A stretch of DNA of 64,000 nt from positions 1-64,000 of the forward strand of contig MEDY01000063.1 of NCBI GenBank assembly GCA_001724265.1, given 5' to 3'. Made by a program: the position numbers and the translations under genes. Positions 63,306 through 64,000 of this stretch are shown here, piece after piece; the first letter of the stretch is position 1, and each line of letters starts with the position of its first letter. The DNA comes from Rhizaria sp. SCN 62-66. Its lineage: Eukaryota. The notes beneath the pieces are model-generated. The model was given only the letters and a program-made list of their open reading frames with translations. It ran no database searches and was not told where the DNA came from.

Positions 63306-64000
63306 GCAGAGGCGGGACCGAGAGGGACGGTGACCTGGAGGGGTGGCGGGGCGCGGGGAGCGAAAAGCGGGAGGACGAAGTTGCAGTTGGTGAGGGGGCC
63401 GTAGTGTGAAAAAACAGGGGTCGGAGCGAGACGGGACGTCAGGTTGGAAAGAAACTACAACAAATTCAAATAGTAAATCAGCGTGTCACTGTTATATACG
63501 CTATTCATATATCTCTCTGTCGATGGGAAAGACCTCTAGGCTCATCTGCCTTCTACGGTGTCCGTGATTGCTGCAGTTGCTTGCTGGAACCATGCTTTTT
63601 CGCGAACCGAGCCGCTTGCAGCAGTCATCGTAGTAGCTTCACCGCGGCGATGGTGGGCAAAGGAGTGTTCGTTACATGGGTTGTTGATGGTGGTACGGTC
63701 GAGTGTTCACATTGTAGTTGGTGGCATAGATGTGTCTGCGAGTTCGAGATGCGTGTAGCGTAATTACACCTGAAAAGTCTTCACTCACTTGCTCTACGCA
63801 CGTCCTCGAAGCTAGTCCAGGCGAGATACCCCCATTACCCGATGGCGGGAAACCTTTCTCTCGCGCGCCCACTCTGCCATTCGCTGCCATATCAACGAAG
63901 CTTTACTAAAACATCCATACTATTGCAAATTATCGCATACTATGCCTTTACTTCTTCTAACGTCGAAATCATTCCGGTACGCCTTCGCAAAGCACTCACC

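Overview
This is a gene-dense eukaryotic (protist-like) nuclear window with GC-rich exons and AT-rich spliceosomal introns, mostly 100-245 nt. I manually spliced 19 protein-coding genes (40 introns, about 14,300 codons): a PSI-like membrane protein (5'-partial), a frameshifted CBM52-like secreted protein, two papain-family proteases, a greatly expanded MetX/Cys2-family acyltransferase, a frameshifted profilin-like gene, LEO1, a split ubiquitin-like protein, a small 2-TM protein, glycyl-tRNA synthetase, RPN1, an NDT-type mitochondrial NAD carrier, TXNDC9/PhLP3, HEI10, BMS1, a CEP164-like giant protein and three hypotheticals. The most striking observation is an in-frame TAG in an internal, cleanly spliced HEI10 exon, while none of the 19 genes ends in TAG (11 TAA, 8 TGA). 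That could be UAG recoding or readthrough, a nonsense allele, or a base error. Other highlights are pervasive low-complexity insertions that split small folds, a dominant GTACG splice donor, ATG-only first exons and a candidate non-AUG mitochondrial GlyRS isoform. No RNA genes, mobile elements or CRISPR arrays could be supported. Family calls come from motif recognition, not database searches.
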